From assembly GCA_024704765.1 (NCBI GenBank), contig JAKMXF010000321.1:744001-808000 (forward strand): a DNA stretch of 64,000 bases, written 5' to 3'. The position numbers were made by a program, and so were the translations under genes. Shown piece by piece: positions 34,276 through 44,509 of this stretch. Numbering within the stretch: the first letter of the stretch is position 1; each line of letters begins with the position of its first letter. This stretch comes from Oopsacas minuta (Eukaryota > Animalia > Porifera). Under the pieces are notes generated by a model that was not told where the DNA came from, ran no database searches, and was given only the letters and a program-made list of their open reading frames with translations.

Positions 34276-34587
34276 TTACTGTCCTGCTTGTTGTCTTAAC
34301 ATTACATAGATCTTCTCTTTGATCCAATCTTTATTGTGTGGTACATAAGTACCAGTTGACTTCTGTAGCACGAGACAGGTCAGGTCTACGAGATTGTTAA
34401 TAAATTTGAATAGTTGATTGATGTCATAGGTTATGCTGGGTGAGTGAGGGTTGATTTGTTTGAGATGTTCCTCAAACATCTTACACACACCCTCAAGACA
34501 TTCTTGTACAGACTCGTAGTCACAGTATGTACAAGACTCTGTCCGTTTCTTAGGCTGGACTAATAGAATTGTGTGTGATGCAGACAT
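34276..34587 (-). CDS. ERH: Enhancer of rudimentary homolog, copy 1 (103 aa)
   Basis: [12 protein letters not shown]...[21 protein letters not shown]...[11 protein letters not shown]...[17 protein letters not shown]; true start ATG 34587. Confidence 0.95.
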   Translation of the reverse strand: MSASHTILLVQPKKRTESCTYCDYESVQECLEGVCKMFEEHLKQINPHSPSITYDINQLFKFINNLVDLTCLVLQKSTGTYVPHNKDWIKEKIYVMLRQQAGQ

Positions 34588-37405
34588 AATATAATTATAG
34601 CTAGTTGGGGTTATAAAATTCAATTTATCAATTATGAGTAGAATGCAAGTAAATAGAAATTTGATATTTATATTATACAAAATGTTATATAACAACATAA
34701 CATACTATAGTATTAGTTGATAACAGGATCTGAGCAGTTGGTAGCAGGGGGCAAATATGATACAAAATGTTAGCATAAATACAGGGTATAATATCAGTAA
34801 TCGTAACAGGACTAATTGCTAGCAGGGGGCAACAGGTACCGGGATCATGTAAAGCCACCTTGCCATAAATAACGGAACAGGGTATAATATTATGAATCAG
34901 GTATAAGTATTTTGTTTTTTGCTTCCTTATTGATGGAATTTTTCCTTCGTTAATCAATTAACTATTCTAAGTAAAGGTACCGGGATCATCAAATTCACCT
35001 TGCCGTACAGGTAACGTCAGGTAGTACTAATTATTCTTCATTTGCAGCCACATAGAATGATACACTATGAATTAGTCCTTCGTATCATCACTAATGGTGT
35101 TTACTGATCCCCGATTGTAACCAACTGGCAATAGGTGCCAGTAATCGAACTACAGTGTGTAATGAAACCTTGATCTTAAGAAGCAACTATATGTTAAAGA
35201 AAACAATTGTACTTAAAATGTTCGTCAAAGCGAACTAGTGTGGCTATAACAACATACAAGAGGTTATGCGGGTCTTAAGAAGCCTATAGGATAAAAAATT
35301 TTCTCTTAAAATGTTTTTCAAAATAGTCAATGTGATCTGAGTGTGGCTATAACAGTAACATACAAGAGGTTATGTGCCATAATGTGTACTCTACACGTAG
35401 AGTAATTCTATACACGTAGCGTGTATGCAGTATGCATAGAGCTGCAACAATCTCAGGTGAGTTATCTATGTTCCATTCTGAATGCTTACTAAAATATCAA
35501 ATACAGAATGTCTAGTTGTCAATGGACTAGATTTCTGAGATATACGTAGATATCCACCACTAATGGCTTTCCTATAACTACTCGCTCTATCAGATTATGT
35601 TATGTTGTTGGGACTTGGGAGAATTTAAAATTCCTACTGGTATTGTCGTTTACTAATATTGTTGTTAATGCCCCACAATTTGTAAGTCTACCTTGTTTGA
35701 AGCGATTAAACATTCTATCTAGCAAGCAAGTACCTAGATAAATATTCTGTTAAATCAAACAATATTCAGTGATTTGGTTCACAACCAACTATCCATATTA
35801 TCAGTATTCGGTTGAGTTAGTATTAGTATCTGTATTTGGTAAGGCAACTAACCACCAATCCAAATGGTACCAACGATAATTTCATTTCACATCCCATTTA
35901 TCAGTATTTTAATTTTCTATGATTATTCCTTTTCCTATTGATTGTGTCCGTAACTATTATATTATCATTATCTCATTAAATAAATGGAATAATGCTCTAC
36001 ATGCACGTACATACACACTTAGCACATTTAGCCATATATTCTCTATTATAAGCCGTAAACCCCTCAATTCCACTATTCAATTGATGCGATATTTCCTCAC
36101 GGAAGGTTAATAGAATTTAGTATTGCTTCTATGTGAAGGTAAAATACATTGTATATGTACGTATATCGATAAGTCCTATAAAATAAGAGGCAAATCGTGT
36201 ATATTTCGCTAAATAGAAATAATAATGTATTGTAGAGCGTTGTGATTCATTAATTAAAATAATTTGAAATTGTATTTTTCAGTATAAACTTGATATAACG
36301 ATAAGAATATTGCTTTGTATAAGCGGCCACATTTTCATTGAAAATTATAAAATAGATAGATATACCTTGTATATTTATAATGATATATGCATGCGATACA
36401 TATAATGTATTGTTGATACATTTCCTTGTCAGGGCTCAAAATATGTATTTGTAATAATTCTGAGACATTCTATAATAACAATTTGATCGAATTGCTTAAC
36501 ATTTTCAAAACACTTTGCAATTTTCCAAACTTATTTTATCGGGAAAATATTGATTCCTACTTTCTCTATGCATGCGTGGCATCCGTTTGAATACCTGTAT
36601 TTTAGATGCCTTCTTATCCAACCTGGCAACCCCCTCATAAACGGCTAAACAATTACTATTGTTCCTTAGTAAATAAGAATATGTATAGTAATATCTAGAT
36701 GGCGATAGCAAATCATATTATGACATAATGTTACCAATCTGAAATGAAACAATCCGCACTATCCTTACTTAATTAAAATTAACTTAACTATAATCAATGT
36801 TGTAAGGGTGGCGTGGTGGGTGGCTATGACATAAACTGACAACTTAATAACTGCTTTCACTCTTAGTGAATAGAATTCAATTCAATGCACATGAATACTA
36901 TATTCAAAGAATTACAAATATTTATTAACTAATCCACACTTAGTTCTGATCATTTTACGTCACAACTAGCTAATGCCAGACAATGAACATAGAATATTTA
37001 ATGATAAATTAGAATCAGTTGTGTGTGGCGATGTAACTAAATAATGCAAGGTTATATCCTGTTCAGTGGCTGGAAGATTGAACCTGAATTATTGCATAGA
37101 ATAATATTGATATGAACACAGTTCAATTATTGCATTACTAATAATGTAAATACATAAAGAAATACAGTTAAAATGCTGTCATTTTACTGTATTTTGATTA
37201 CAACTTGCATAATATTAATACCGATAAAACCACTGAATATATTACGCTTCAATATTAATTCAAATGGTAATTCAAATAACCACAATAATTTCTGAACTTG
37301 TAAGAGACAGCACGAAACTTTGCTTACTGCCAAAACAATATAAAAGGATGTTGTGTATAACTATATTATATTAATATTATATTATTAAAATCAAGGATAG
37401 AGCTT

Positions 37406-38287
37406 ATGGAACCTAGGATGGCTTCACATTGTCAAATACTTTTCTCTGGCTGCATTAAGAAACTGAGTAGAAAGTTATTTTGGCAGAATCGTATCATAAC
37501 ACTAAATTCGCTAGGAGAGATATACATTACAACTGAAGTGATTTCATCTTTTCAGAATACTGATACAAATTCAATGCCCCCAATCAATATAACAGAATCT
37601 GGGGTATGGAACAGACCTGGAGATGCTAGTGATGGTTTGTGGCCCCAGAAGCTAGATCTGAGACAGAGTATGGTGTTAGAATGTAGCACAACCAGATTCC
37701 TGTTCTTTCCTTCTATACTAGCAGCTGAAGAATTCACAAATCAGCTGGACATACTGAGCAATATTAACTCTTCGTCAGAGAATATTCAAATCACCCCTGA
37801 GATGGTTACAAACTTAGATAATAATACAAACTCTACAGAAAAGCTAAAATACAGTAGTAGTAATGACGTAATCTCCAGTGACAAGGAAGCAACTATACTG
37901 AAACACATACCAGGTGAAGATACAGAAGTGTGTTTTGATTTCAGATCAGGTCCTGGCTACTTAACTAGTAAACATACTCTTGACAACAACGCTAGCACAC
38001 ACGACAGCAAAAGAACTCCTTTCACACCAATATCTATCCTCAAGCAAAGCAGTGAAAATAACAATAATTTTGAAGAAAAGACTGAGACTATTAAACGTGT
38101 TCGTTTCGATACATCCACTAGTGTACGTATAGTTAATGTAATGAATAACAACACAGAAGCACAAGCAGATACAGACAATTTACTACTTTGTATAAACAAG
38201 TATATTATTAAGAGCCACAAGCAGAAGTATCAAACAGAAAATCGCGCTAATCTATTAAGTAATTTGATGCATAAATTTGTAAAATAA
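37406..38287 (+). CDS. Orphan protein: N-terminal PH-like domain + low-complexity tail with SILK and RVxF motifs (paralog 1, 293 aa)
   Basis: ILFSGCIKKLSRKLFWQNRIITL resembles PH strands b1-b2; first ~120 aa clearly homologous to 42548-43561; SILK at 38033, KRVRF at 38093. Confidence 0.7.
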   Translation: MEPRMASHCQILFSGCIKKLSRKLFWQNRIITLNSLGEIYITTEVISSFQNTDTNSMPPINITESGVWNRPGDASDGLWPQKLDLRQSMVLECSTTRFLFFPSILAAEEFTNQLDILSNINSSSENIQITPEMVTNLDNNTNSTEKLKYSSSNDVISSDKEATILKHIPGEDTEVCFDFRSGPGYLTSKHTLDNNASTHDSKRTPFTPISILKQSSENNNNFEEKTETIKRVRFDTSTSVRIVNVMNNNTEAQADTDNLLLCINKYIIKSHKQKYQTENRANLLSNLMHKFVK

Positions 38288-38411
38288 CGCTGTATTATTA
38301 TATTATATTTATTAAATTTGCAAATTACTAATTTCCCTAAACATCAGCTGATTGCAACAATAGCATAGTTAGGTTACAATATAATCTTACAAATAAATAA
38401 TTCAAATTAAC

Positions 38412-40637
38412 TTACAAACGAATCTTCATAATAAGATCTCTATCTAGGTCTACTCTAAGTTTTAGAAAGCTCTTTACCTCAGCTAAACTTAATCTGGATG
38501 AGACTAACCCTGTATTTGGTTTCCAATAATCCCTGATTTCTCTTAAAGACTCTAAACTCAATAAACTAATTATCTGATTCGTTCTAGATAATTTCTCGCG
38601 AATACTCACACTAGTTTTACTTGACAAATAACTCGAAATAGCTCTAAATTCTTTATCCAGTAAGAGAGCACCCATTTGAGAGAATTGAGATTTCAGGATC
38701 ACCCTCTCCAGTTGTTGACAAATGTCTTCCAAAAGATGATCAATAATTAACTCAAAATTCCTTTTTTTCATATCAGCATCAAATCTACCCAGCTGTTCTT
38801 GTAAAGATAGTAATAATCCTTGTACTTCAGCACTACTGTCATGATGAGAGAACTCATCTGTTGAAATGTTAAAATTTCTTGTAGAATAATTGTCTAAATG
38901 AGCATGCACTTTAGGTAGAAGAAACTGTTTGTATATTTCGGATATTTTAGAGTTTAACATAACTTTGAATACTTTTGAATGAGAGCGGAATTCATCTAAA
39001 CATGTTCGTATTCTAACACAGTTCAATTCCTCAGAGGAAAGGAAGAACTTTTCCAAATCTATTTCCAGCTCACAAGCTAGTTTATCAATATACTCCAAGC
39101 ATGTCTCCACCTGGTTAATGTATTTAGATTGAGTGAGTAGAGTAGTGTGATCAGCTGATTTACTAGCTCCAGGTAGTTTAGCCTGTAATACTCCAGCTAT
39201 ATCAACTCCACTGCTAGCCTTATTCTCGTTCTGTAAGCGAGATTTAACCTCTAGTAACACAGAGCCAGCATCATTTAGCATAGCGCCAATACAATCAGGA
39301 CTTGAAGTAAAGATAGCTCGTCTCAGACATTTGTGCAAAATATAGAATGTATCATCTAGCAGAGAATTAGAACCAGATGTCTGGTTCAATTCAGAAGCCC
39401 TGTATATACTCTGTCGCATAAAATAATTCTCAAACATTAAATAATGAGATAGTAATTCTTGGATTTGTTGTTTTGATTCTGAGACTAGCATTTTACTTTC
39501 TTTGATAAAATCCTCGGTTAATGTTTGTTGAGTTTCTAATTCTGATAAAGAAGTTGATATTAGAGTGTGAATAAACGCGAAATAAATCTCCGCGTGAGAT
39601 ATTATCGTAGTTAGCTCAGTTAGAATTACATCAAGTTCTTTTGTGTCTAATTTCTTTTGATTACCTGTCACACCTGTCAATGTCTTACTCTCATTAATAA
39701 TAGTTAGTTTCTGATCAATCTTTCTAATCTGTTTCTGTTGTAAGAGAATCTTCCTAACTTGTATATCACATTCCCTCTGTAACTCTAGTATAATATAAGT
39801 AATATATCCTGTACCATAGAGTACATCAACTGATGATTTCTTGTCTTGGAGAACCTGTTGTATGTCTGTGAATAGAGAAATAATAGGAATAGCTAGACCT
39901 ATGCCAGGCTTGTTTACAGCTGATTGAGATACTGCATCAGAGAATCTACCCTCTGTAATGAATGATATCCTTCCACGTAGAAACTGAGAATACTTCTGTA
40001 GCCCTTCTTCATGAAGAAACAAGAATGGAAATATTTTGAAGTATCTTTCAACAGCTTTTTCGTTTCTATCAACTAATGCTTGCTCAAATTTCTCCTGCAT
40101 GAGCGTCTTTAGCTCCACCTCAGCCTGTCGTATACTCTGAAAAGAAGCATCTACAGTGCTTACGTCAGAAAATCCTGATACAGTATCTTTAATCATTCTC
40201 TCATCTAACACTAGGTAGCGGTGTAGATGTGCTGCTGCTCGTTCATAGTCTCCGCTAGCTAGACTGTTGTTAACCACCTCTGAACAGCTACGAAGATCTA
40301 TCACGTCATCTACTCGCTTCATGCAAGCAAACACACGACTCTTCGCGAAATCTAACAGCTTAACCTTTTGGCATACTTGATCAAGCATGAGATGTGATCT
40401 GGTTATGTCTTGCTCCAGACGAGTAACGTCTTGGTTTATCGGATTAAGTTCTGTTGACAAGGAAGACAGAGAGTAAATAGCTTCTTCTAACTCTTCTCTA
40501 CTTCCCTGACAACTCTCTAGCTCAGCCAGTAGCTCTATTTCCTCAGCATCTAGTTCAGTAAGTTCTTTTGTTATAGCTGTAATATCTAAGTTGTCAGGAT
40601 CCAAATTGGAGAATGTGTAATCCCATTCACTAGACAT
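38412..40637 (-). CDS. COG4: Conserved oligomeric Golgi complex subunit 4, intronless, 741 aa
   Basis: KVKLLDFAKSRV..CMKRVDDVIDLRSC..V...L..GDYERAAAHLHRYL and C-terminal FSQMGALLLDKEFRAI...REKLSRTNQI match COG4. Confidence 0.93.
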   Translation of the reverse strand: MSSEWDYTFSNLDPDNLDITAITKELTELDAEEIELLAELESCQGSREELEEAIYSLSSLSTELNPINQDVTRLEQDITRSHLMLDQVCQKVKLLDFAKSRVFACMKRVDDVIDLRSCSEVVNNSLASGDYERAAAHLHRYLVLDERMIKDTVSGFSDVSTVDASFQSIRQAEVELKTLMQEKFEQALVDRNEKAVERYFKIFPFLFLHEEGLQKYSQFLRGRISFITEGRFSDAVSQSAVNKPGIGLAIPIISLFTDIQQVLQDKKSSVDVLYGTGYITYIILELQRECDIQVRKILLQQKQIRKIDQKLTIINESKTLTGVTGNQKKLDTKELDVILTELTTIISHAEIYFAFIHTLISTSLSELETQQTLTEDFIKESKMLVSESKQQIQELLSHYLMFENYFMRQSIYRASELNQTSGSNSLLDDTFYILHKCLRRAIFTSSPDCIGAMLNDAGSVLLEVKSRLQNENKASSGVDIAGVLQAKLPGASKSADHTTLLTQSKYINQVETCLEYIDKLACELEIDLEKFFLSSEELNCVRIRTCLDEFRSHSKVFKVMLNSKISEIYKQFLLPKVHAHLDNYSTRNFNISTDEFSHHDSSAEVQGLLLSLQEQLGRFDADMKKRNFELIIDHLLEDICQQLERVILKSQFSQMGALLLDKEFRAISSYLSSKTSVSIREKLSRTNQIISLLSLESLREIRDYWKPNTGLVSSRLSLAEVKSFLKLRVDLDRDLIMKIRL

Positions 40638-40781
40638 GTTGCTAAGTTGTCATTTGTTAGTTATTAGAAATTTATCGAACACGGATAAATGTATAGAAGC
40701 TAGATTATATTGAAATCTTAAATTGCTCGAATATGGTCCCAAAACGTCAAAGCATCGTAAATTACATCGGTTTTGTAACAT

Positions 40782-40883
40782 CAGTGGTTCTCAACCATTT
40801 TTCACCGGCGGACCCCCTGCCATTAGAAATAGACTCTCTTTTATACTCACTAAGCGTCGCAGGCGCCAGGTTGAAAACCACTG
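40782..40883. mobile_element. hAT-Charlie-like MITE
   Basis: 15-bp TIRs cagtggttctcaacc / ggttgaaaaccactg; no intact TSD. Confidence 0.65.
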
Positions 40884-41195
40884 GGTTATGTCTAAGTAAT
40901 TATTGTGTACCTTGAGCTTCGATATAACAGGGTTGACGGTAAAATGGCAAGTATAACAAATGAATTAAAGTGTATTAAAAACTGTAATAGACCTGTGTAG
41001 CTGTTGAGAGCACATATCTATCAATATTTTGAAGTTTTATATAAATTGCTTAAAAGATACAAAGAAAGTGAAATGAACTGGCAAAAATTAATTAGAATAC
41101 AAATAACAGATATGTCTTTAGAGAATATCTTGGACCATGAACTAACTAATAATATGACAATACAACGAATTAATTGAATTCCTAAAGTTCAGCAC

Positions 41196-41246
41196 TGCGT
41201 ATATCGCGTATGCTACAATAACATTGTAGCATACGCGATATACGCA
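41196..41246. repeat. Perfect 24-bp inverted repeat with 3-nt loop
   Basis: tgcgtatatcgcgtatgctacaat-aac-attgtagcatacgcgatatacgca. Confidence 0.95.
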
Positions 41247-42547
41247 AAATTCTCCCTGTGACAACAATTCAGGAATTTCTGAATACGCACAATACGTACT
41301 CTAACCTCAACACATATTTTTCGGGCGAAATAGCTACAAAAGTCTATAATACTAAATTCGTGAATTCAATAATCAATTAAAAGCATTTCAATAAATATGT
41401 CAGCAGAAGTTCTACATAATACAGTAATTCACGCAGGGAGTCATAGACGTGGAATAATCACATTTTCCCAGAAAAGTATGTGTGCGATACTCGGCCTTCA
41501 GGCAATGGGTAAATGATATATAAATACAAATCGGTATTCAGTACTAACGTATGAACGAATAATAACTTAATAAGGAGTCCTTAAGGAAATAAAAGTGAAA
41601 TTGACAAAATAATAAAGGAACTTCAAGCCTGAAGATCCAATCAGAGTTTTTTATAAAGAACATCTCTGCGATTTCAAATTACTAGACTCACGACACACAC
41701 GCTGAGTACAGGTAGGATAACATACGGTATAACCGCGATATTACAATGTGACCTGTGGAGTATATGCGTACGTATTTATAAAAGGTTTACAATAATTAGA
41801 GCTTACTAAATACCATCAGATCTATAACTTCATATTTGGCCACTTAATCTTGTTTGAAACGTATAGATAACAAATTTATCGTATGAATAGCAGTCAAAAG
41901 ATCCATAGCGCAACCTCATGCATAAGTAATATAATAGGATTTTAATAGTAGCTTAACTTGCAAATCATATGAAATATATAATGAATTAATCATGCATTCT
42001 GAGTAATAATTAATTAATAATTAGTTAATTAAGTATATTTTAGAGAAAGTTGGTAGTTGTGTACTTTCGCAGGGAAACACAATTAAGAAATTACATACTC
42101 AACCATACAGTTAAGGTTAATTATGTGATTTAAAAGGTGTGGAAAAACGATAAACAGAGCAATAAAATCAACGAAATATGTAATTAACTACGCTAATTAT
42201 CCACAAATAAACTTTTGGTTAAAATCAAAATAATAACAAGAATCCTAAAATGATTCATCAGTGAAATTACTCCAGATTTTATAACTTTAATATTTATTAC
42301 ATAATCTCTTAATTAATCAAAATAATAATAATAATCAAATATGTTATAATAAATATAACCACATAAAAGACACACAATAATACTGCCAATAGCAGATAAC
42401 TATGCAGAAGTATTATTTTATCGAAAGCAATATTAATCTTAGGCAGAATCAACTGTAATATTATTTGCGATTTTAGATAGAAAACACTGAGATTAGTATA
42501 AATAAGGTGAATTCAGTTGTTAGAATAATTAATAAGAAACTTCAACA

Positions 42548-43561
42548 ATGACTATGATTAGAAGTGTCTCACTCGATGATATGAAGGATCAAGAACCTGA
42601 AATTCTATTCTCAGGATATGTAAAGAAGATGTGTAGGAGGTTCAGGTTATGGCAACAACGTGTACTCACTCTAAACTCTCACGGAGATTTATACCTCACA
42701 AAGATTAATAATAAAGATCCAATTTCCTTTTCATCTTACTGTCCACAGAAGAATCAGAAACCTCCAGTTAACATATTTCAACTCGGGGTGGTTACTAGGC
42801 AGGGACAAGTCAGTGATGGGAAATGGCCGAAAAAACTAGACCTAAGACAGAGCTTGGTAGTGGAAAGTAAATCCACAAAATTTCTATTCCTCCCTTCTAT
42901 TCAAGCTGCAGAAGCCTTACGAACTCAACTACAAATACTGCAATGGAGAACTGACTCAGAATTGGAAAAAGAAGAGGAGAGTTTGGTAGTTAAGAGAAGA
43001 CATGCAATTAAAAGACGTGAACATCCTATCCAAAAAGAGCAAAATATTCATCCTAAGTCAAATATAGCTCCAGTACAAGCAGTACAAGGAATATTAAATA
43101 TGAAAGAACTGGGAAAGTTCGCTGAAAATGTAAAGAGCCAACTAATCCAGAAAAGCGAAGCAATACATTGTCAAGAAGAGGGTGACCAATCGATTACAGT
43201 CAGCTGTATTCTCAGTTTAGATTTTGAAGTGAGAGAGAATCTTGTATCGTGCAAGGTGTCACACAGTTTAGAAGATTTGACTAAAATGGATAAATTACCT
43301 TCAAAATCATCATCATTACTACGATTGCTGAAAAATAGCGAATATGATAACAAACCAAAGCCAATACTCAAAAATTCCAAACAAGAATACTTTTCTCGAC
43401 CACAAAAGTCACAAAAGAAAGTTCGATTCGATTCAGCACAAGCTTTCAGAATATCAACACCAGCAAATCCTCGATCTGTCCAACTCAACTGGCAAAACGA
43501 AATTCTCCCAAACTTCTATCAACATGTGAGGAAACACAGTTTTGATGCCATTAACAATTAG
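42548..43561 (+). CDS. Orphan protein: N-terminal PH-like domain + tail with ILK and RVxF-type motifs (paralog 2, 337 aa)
   Basis: ILFSGYVKKMCRRFRLWQQRVLTLNSHGDLYL...SDGKWPKKLDLRQSLVVE; KPILK at 43358, KKVRF at 43415. Confidence 0.7.
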   Translation: MTMIRSVSLDDMKDQEPEILFSGYVKKMCRRFRLWQQRVLTLNSHGDLYLTKINNKDPISFSSYCPQKNQKPPVNIFQLGVVTRQGQVSDGKWPKKLDLRQSLVVESKSTKFLFLPSIQAAEALRTQLQILQWRTDSELEKEEESLVVKRRHAIKRREHPIQKEQNIHPKSNIAPVQAVQGILNMKELGKFAENVKSQLIQKSEAIHCQEEGDQSITVSCILSLDFEVRENLVSCKVSHSLEDLTKMDKLPSKSSSLLRLLKNSEYDNKPKPILKNSKQEYFSRPQKSQKKVRFDSAQAFRISTPANPRSVQLNWQNEILPNFYQHVRKHSFDAINN

Positions 43562-44472
43562 ATACTAAATGTTATAACTCAATAATTCTATTTGTATATT
43601 TTTATACTTTTTTTGTTATGAATATATTATCGTAAATATATTAGAGAAATCTAATTTTATATAACGCGTATAAGAACAATTGGGCTCAATCGTTTTTCAA
43701 ACTGCACTTATTGCATTGTTTCTAACGGTTTCTTCATTTCTTGGCATTGTTAATCATAGGTTGGGATTTGGGGATTTTCCTAATAATTAAACATTCTAAT
43801 GTGTTATGTTTTCCTTAAGTGCTTGCATTTGTCCATCCTAAAATTGTATTATTTTTACAAATCTGTAGAATTTCGTAAAAGTGTGGTTAATCAAACTATG
43901 ATTGCAAAATTTGCTGCGTACTGTGGGAGTGAACATGTCTCTAACTAACAACCGACCCTCTTGTGTATACTTCATAGTGTTGTTCACATCTTACAACTAC
44001 GGTACACTCCAAATAATAGGGTCACATCGGGACCAGATCATTTGACCCGATTAACCAGTAAGCGGAGGATACTGTATTTAGCAAATTAACACGTGCTTAA
44101 GAGTGAATAGCTTAGTTTTCGTTAAGAATTTGAGATATCTTCTGTTGTAGTTTTAGGGAGATATTCCATTAGAAACACTGTAATGATTTCTAATTGTATT
44201 TGCTCTCAGAATAATTACATTTTCAATGCCAAGTTTAAGATGTAATTTCTATAAACAAAATCATTTACCGTATTAGACCAGCAAAGAGGCTGCTATATAA
44301 TACAGATGGGAAGGTAGCCGACCAACGATCCAAAAAGGAGAGGTCAGTTTAATAAACTAAACCCTTACCCCAGTTTGTGTGATGGAACATTTCTAAGGAA
44401 AAATAACTTAAGGAACCTGTTAGCTTATTCCATTTATTAGTTGACCTTAAAAAAAGTTTAATTCACAAAATG

Positions 44473-44509
44473 CTCGCATACTATCATACACAGTATGATA
44501 GTATGCGAG
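44473..44509. repeat. Perfect 17-bp inverted repeat with 3-nt loop
   Basis: ctcgcatactatcatac-aca-gtatgatagtatgcgag. Confidence 0.95.

Larger units (their letters stand above)
32464..35890 (+). repeat. Left arm of inverted segmental duplication (VLIG-VWA 3' end, ERH, ERH upstream region)
   Basis: Position 32464 (atccaaacgatggg) pairs with 64000. Homology continues through the VWA, ERH and intergenic DNA to ~35890, pairing with ~60410, with substitutions and indels. Confidence 0.88.

Noticed and set aside
33251-34327. Long ORFs spanning 33.3-34.3 kb in several frames
   Set aside because: Artefacts of translating the 765-N gap.
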